Assembly: GCA_036507075.1 (NCBI GenBank)
Contig: DASXQR010000170.1
Coordinates: 1-28,831, forward strand
Direction of reading: 5' to 3'
Source: Acidobacteriota bacterium
GTDB lineage: Bacteria; Acidobacteriota; UBA6911; JACQSX01
Length of the DNA: 28,831 nucleotides
Below, piece by piece: positions 25,376-28,831 of this stretch. The translations under genes and the position numbers were made by a program. Numbering within the stretch: the stretch's first letter is position 1; each line of letters begins with the position of its first letter. A model generated the notes under the pieces. It did no database searches. It was not told where the DNA came from and worked only from the letters and a program-made list of their open reading frames with translations.

Positions 25376-25811
25376 ATCGCATCTCACTCAGGATCAGTGG
25401 ATCGAGTTCCAATACGGCCGGTTCGGCGAGGCCGAGCGGCGGGAATTGGAAGGGCATCTGCGCGCCTGTGTCGAGTGCCGGGAATTCGCGGCCGGACTGG
25501 CCGCCGTCCGGGACCTCTTTCAGATCGATGTCCCTGTGCCTTCCGGGGACTTGTGGGCCCGGATGCAGTCCCAGGTAATGCAGGATTTTCGACGCCATCG
25601 CGCTTCAGCCGGACCGGAGATGGTATTTCGCAACCTGCGGGATGCCGCTGGCAGAATCTGGCTTTTCCTCACCGATGATCCCCTTGCGGCGATGGCTTAC
25701 ACTTGCGCCGCCACCGGCTACCTTTTGTATTCGGTTTTCAGCATATCTCAGCTTCAGGGTCTTGTGCCGGGTCCCGATCAGGTGCTGAGTTTGATACGAT
25801 TTGCATTTTGA
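25365..25811 (+). CDS. Zinc-finger anti-sigma factor with TM helix
   Basis: N-terminal His plus HLRACVEC (HxxxCxxC ZAS motif); C-terminal hydrophobic segment; overlaps the sigma stop. Confidence 0.85.
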   Translation: MKPESHLTQDQWIEFQYGRFGEAERRELEGHLRACVECREFAAGLAAVRDLFQIDVPVPSGDLWARMQSQVMQDFRRHRASAGPEMVFRNLRDAAGRIWLFLTDDPLAAMAYTCAATGYLLYSVFSISQLQGLVPGPDQVLSLIRFAF

Positions 25812-25819
25812 AAGGCGAA

Positions 25820-26992
25820 ATGAACGCTGAACAATGGGTCAAGGCGGCGCCTGGGATAAAGACCGGCAGCTCGCCGCTCGCGCGTTTCTGGAACGATATG
25901 GTGGGAGTTCTGGTTTCCCCCAAGTTTCAGCTTGCCGCCATTCGGGAGCGGAACATCGTATGGGAGTCGCTCCTGCTGTTGTTCATCGGATTCCTGATTG
26001 CGTTTGAATGGATGGGCGGGATTTATTTTCGACGCGATCCGTTCCCCGCCTATTCGCTTCTTGTCTCCGTGCTGTTTGCTGTTGGTTTGGTGCTTTTTCA
26101 TGTCGCCACCGTGCACTGGGCGGCCCGGCTTTTGGGAGGGGGCGGCTCCTACCGCAGCCTGCTGTCGATATACGGATTCGCCAATGTCCCCAAGGGTCTG
26201 GTATTCGGACTGCTGCTGGCCCTGGTTCTGATTGCGCCCGCAGGCCTTGTGAAATTCGTTTCGGCCCATCATCTGACGGCGCTGCTGATCATGCTGCCGC
26301 TGATAATTCCGGCCGTTGTCGGCAGTTTTGTTTTGAAAATCCTGTCGCTCCGGGTGGCCTACGGAATTCGCGACGCCAAGTGTGTCGGCGTATTGATTCT
26401 CAGTTCCATGCTGTTCGGAATCGTCGTCGTTCTTCCGCTGGTTTTGCTCGTTGCCGGTTCCATGCGAGTCAGCCTGCGGGAAATCACGCCTTATCTGCAG
26501 TCGCGATATGATGTGGCCGAGGCGCCCAATTTGAGTTTCAACGTTCCCTTGGACCTGGTCTCGTTTCGGCTGCGCGAGCCGGTGCGATTCGAGTTGGTTT
26601 CCGTTCCTCCGCGCGACAGGCTGCAAAATGGTTCTCGCTCGAGCAGGGCGAAAGCGCTCCGGCAGTCTCTTTCATTTCGGGCGCCCGAGCAAAAGCTGGT
26701 GCGTGTGGTCGGCGCCGCAGGAGACAGAGTGGCGGTACGCAACGGTCGGGTCTGGCTCAACGGAAGTGAGTTGAGTGAAGACTACCGGGCCGTGGAGAAC
26801 TCGGAACTGAACATTCCCGAAGTCAGCGTGCCCGCCCGCCACATTTTCGTGCTGGCCGATGATCGAAGATTTGACGCCTCAAAGATACCATCCGGCGCCA
26901 TCCCCCTGTCCTCGGTTGTGGGCCGTCCCATCATCAAGAAATACCCCTTTGGCTGGCTGTTCTGGAAGCCTGAGATTTTCAGGAACGAATAG
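25820..26992 (+). CDS. Yip1-like membrane domain fused to a signal peptidase I (S26)-like domain
   Basis: GVLVSP, five TM segments, HWAARLLGGGGSYRSLLSIYGFA (Yip1-like); C-terminal RVVGAAGDRVAVRNGRVWLNG..EDY, VPARHIFVLADDR, GAIPLSSVVGR (S26-like). Confidence 0.75.
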   Translation: MNAEQWVKAAPGIKTGSSPLARFWNDMVGVLVSPKFQLAAIRERNIVWESLLLLFIGFLIAFEWMGGIYFRRDPFPAYSLLVSVLFAVGLVLFHVATVHWAARLLGGGGSYRSLLSIYGFANVPKGLVFGLLLALVLIAPAGLVKFVSAHHLTALLIMLPLIIPAVVGSFVLKILSLRVAYGIRDAKCVGVLILSSMLFGIVVVLPLVLLVAGSMRVSLREITPYLQSRYDVAEAPNLSFNVPLDLVSFRLREPVRFELVSVPPRDRLQNGSRSSRAKALRQSLSFRAPEQKLVRVVGAAGDRVAVRNGRVWLNGSELSEDYRAVENSELNIPEVSVPARHIFVLADDRRFDASKIPSGAIPLSSVVGRPIIKKYPFGWLFWKPEIFRNE

Positions 26993-26996
26993 TCAG

Positions 26997-27503
26997 TAGT
27001 CCGTGGTCTGTGGTCCGTTGGGCTCAGGTTTACGGGTTTCGGGTTTGCGCGTTTCGGGTTCCGAGTTCCGAGTTATGGGTTCCGGGTTCCGAGTTACGGG
27101 TTACAAGTTATTCTCGGTTGCCAACGTCTCGCCACATACTGCAGTACCGCGATCCGTTAGGTCGCGGCGCGCCGGAGTGTCGAGTCATTGTCAGGCTTGT
27201 TCAGATGCCAATCCCAGACCGGTCACTCTGGCTCGCCACAACCTAACGGTTGCGGTACCGCGATCGGCCGTAACCCGAAACCGTAAACCCTCAACCCGTA
27301 ACCCGTAAACCCGTAAACCCGTAAACCGCAACACGCAAACCCGTAACCCGCAAACCCGTAACCTGCAACCCGCAAACCCGTAACCCGCAAACCCGTAACC
27401 CGCAACCCGCAAACCCATAACCCTCAACCCGCAACCCGTAACCTGCAAACCCGCAACCCGTAACCCCGACAACAACTGACCACGGACAGCAGACCACGGA
27501 CTA
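26997..27503. repeat. Nested composite element A-B-REP doublet-B'-A'
   Basis: 14-bp perfect terminal IR TAGTCCGTGGTCTG / CAGACCACGGACTA; (TTACGGG/TTCCGRG)n at about 27028-27110; REP-like doublet at 27141-27169 and 27234-27261; (CCCGYAA)n at about 27268-27466. Confidence 0.9.
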
Positions 27504-27563
27504 TCTCCTTGGTACAATGACTATGTGGGTTCAATTTCGATTCTTGGATGGAGGACTAAATCT

Positions 27564-28469
27564 ATGAATATCAAGAGGTTTTTGCTACTGGGCTTGCTGG
27601 TGCTCCTGGCCGTTCCGTTCGTGATGGCCGATGCGCTGACGCTCAAAGACGGCCGGACGATCACGGGAACCTATCTGGGTGGCACATCCAGCACGGTCCG
27701 TTTTCGCACGGAAGGTGTAATCCGGACCTACAGGGTGACCGAAGTCGACCGTGTGGACTTTGGCGACACAACCAGCACGTATCCTTCCACGAGCAGCACC
27801 TATCCTTCCACGACCCCGTCGGCATCGTCGGAACGCTATGGAGCTCACACCGGAACACATACTGATGATCGTGCTGGCAGGCATTCGGGAACGCACACCG
27901 GTGTTTATTCGACAGATCCGAGCTCGCCGAACTATGCGCAGCGTGTGGGTGTTCGTGATGAGTACGTGATTCCATCGGGTACGACGCTGAGAGTGCGGAC
28001 CAATGAAACAATTGATTCGGACAATGCGCGCGTGGGTGATACTTTCAATGGCACTCTGGATCAGGATATTTTCATCGGTAACCAATTGCTTGCCGAGCGC
28101 GGTTCTCCCGTAAAGCTGCGTATTGCCGAAGTTGATGAAGGAGGAACTCTTTCCGGACGCAAGTCGCTGGTGATCGACCTGGTCGAACTGAGCGTCAACG
28201 GCGCACCCTACGCCTTGACCACAGCACCGATTGAACAGAAAGGCTCCTCGCGTACTCGGCAGAGCCAGACGGTAATCGGAGGAGGAGCGGCTCTGGGAGC
28301 CATCATTGGCGCGATTGCCGGTGGGGCTAAGGGCGCCGTAGTCGGAGCAGTAGTAGGGGGCGCCGGCGGCGCTGGCTACCAAATCCTCACCAAAGGCGCA
28401 AAGCTCAAGATCCCCGCAGAGACCGTGCTTGAGTTCACCATGCAGCGCGACCTCTACGTGCGCCGCTGA
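27564..28469 (+). CDS. Secreted protein with low-complexity linker, beta-rich C-terminal domain and glycine zipper
   Basis: SD GGAGG; signal peptide; ADALTLKDGRTITG; IPSGTTLRVRTNETIDS..VGDTF; IGGGAALGAIIGAIAGGAKGAVVGAVVGGAGG; IPAETVLEF. Extended -10-like TGGTACAAT at about 27510. Confidence 0.85.
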   Translation: MNIKRFLLLGLLVLLAVPFVMADALTLKDGRTITGTYLGGTSSTVRFRTEGVIRTYRVTEVDRVDFGDTTSTYPSTSSTYPSTTPSASSERYGAHTGTHTDDRAGRHSGTHTGVYSTDPSSPNYAQRVGVRDEYVIPSGTTLRVRTNETIDSDNARVGDTFNGTLDQDIFIGNQLLAERGSPVKLRIAEVDEGGTLSGRKSLVIDLVELSVNGAPYALTTAPIEQKGSSRTRQSQTVIGGGAALGAIIGAIAGGAKGAVVGAVVGGAGGAGYQILTKGAKLKIPAETVLEFTMQRDLYVRR

Positions 28470-28667
28470 AATCATCGCTAACACTGCAGGGGCTGGCCCA
28501 CTGGCCACCACACGGGTCGCCCCTGCCACCATTTCTCTCCCCCACCAGATTGACCCGACCTGTCTTGGTGCCTTGGTGGTTTATTTTTCCTCTGTGTCCT
28601 CTGTACTACTAATAATGCAAATTTACGCGGCACGGGATAATTCTAGTCATAAAAGACCAACAAAAAC

Positions 28668-28706
28668 CGTCCACGTGCACGAGCACGCCAACGTCCACGT
28701 TCACGT
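28668..28706. repeat. Hexamer (CACGTN)-like tandem array
   Basis: CGTCCACGTGCACGAGCACGCCAACGTCCACGTTCACGT. Confidence 0.6.
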
Positions 28707-28829
28707 TTCTGACGGACGAGGTCTCAGTGTCGCTAGTTTCTGACTCACCGGCGTCATGCAATCGGATCGGTTTTGAACGTGGAAGAAGGATGGGAGATGG
28801 TGGAACACGGCGTTCCACGGCGACCGAAT
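28701..28829 (-). CDS. Possible 3' end of a gene entering from the right edge
   Basis: Open minus frame IRSPWNAVFHHLPSFFHVQNRSDCMTPVSQKLATLRPRPSET* whose stop lies in the hexamer array. Too short to assign. Confidence 0.25.
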   Translation of the reverse strand: MRSPWNAVFHHLPSFFHVQNRSDCMTPVSQKLATLRPRPSET

Positions 28830-28831
28830 CT

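Noticed and set aside
27003..27517. Several LRVTG/GYGFAG-repeat ORFs (also 23970-24327)
   Set aside because: Low-complexity products of (TTACGGG)n arrays.
27585..28532. 315-aa minus-strand ORF (likewise 6937-7611, 14929-15630, 24773-25387, 25778-26626)
   Set aside because: Antisense shadows of well-supported genes, common in GC-rich DNA.

Overview
A roughly 56-57% GC bacterial chromosomal window; gene content and repeat style suggest Acidobacteriota (inference). It holds about 30 mostly housekeeping or envelope genes. Metabolism and redox: a threonine/serine dehydratase, a type I-beta DAHP synthase coupled to an atypical receiver protein, Mn-SOD, a Rieske protein, MqnD, a DipZ-like redoxin, a class IV aminotransferase and transketolase. 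Sulfur relay: Rrf2, cysteine synthase, a JAMM peptidase and a Ubl-E1-rhodanese fusion. Others: DUF4112, EVE, rhomboid, S9 peptidase, VWA-like, LolA-like, GHL10, GT-C-like and beta-barrel proteins, an ECF sigma / anti-sigma / Yip1-S26 operon, and a glycine-zipper protein. I saw no tRNA, rRNA, CRISPR, transposase or integrase. Four features stand out. (1) An unannotated 27-aa Phe/Tyr/Trp-rich leader peptide with its own promoter and overlapping hairpin lies upstream of the DAHP synthase, a candidate attenuator. (2) Most larger intergenic gaps hold palindromic elements built from 7-9-nt tandem arrays in inverted arms, sometimes nested three layers deep around a 131-bp core that occurs three times. 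(3) A ubiquitin-like sulfur carrier is encoded as a polyprotein with its own E1. (4) A Yip1-signal peptidase fusion appears to lack the catalytic Lys.
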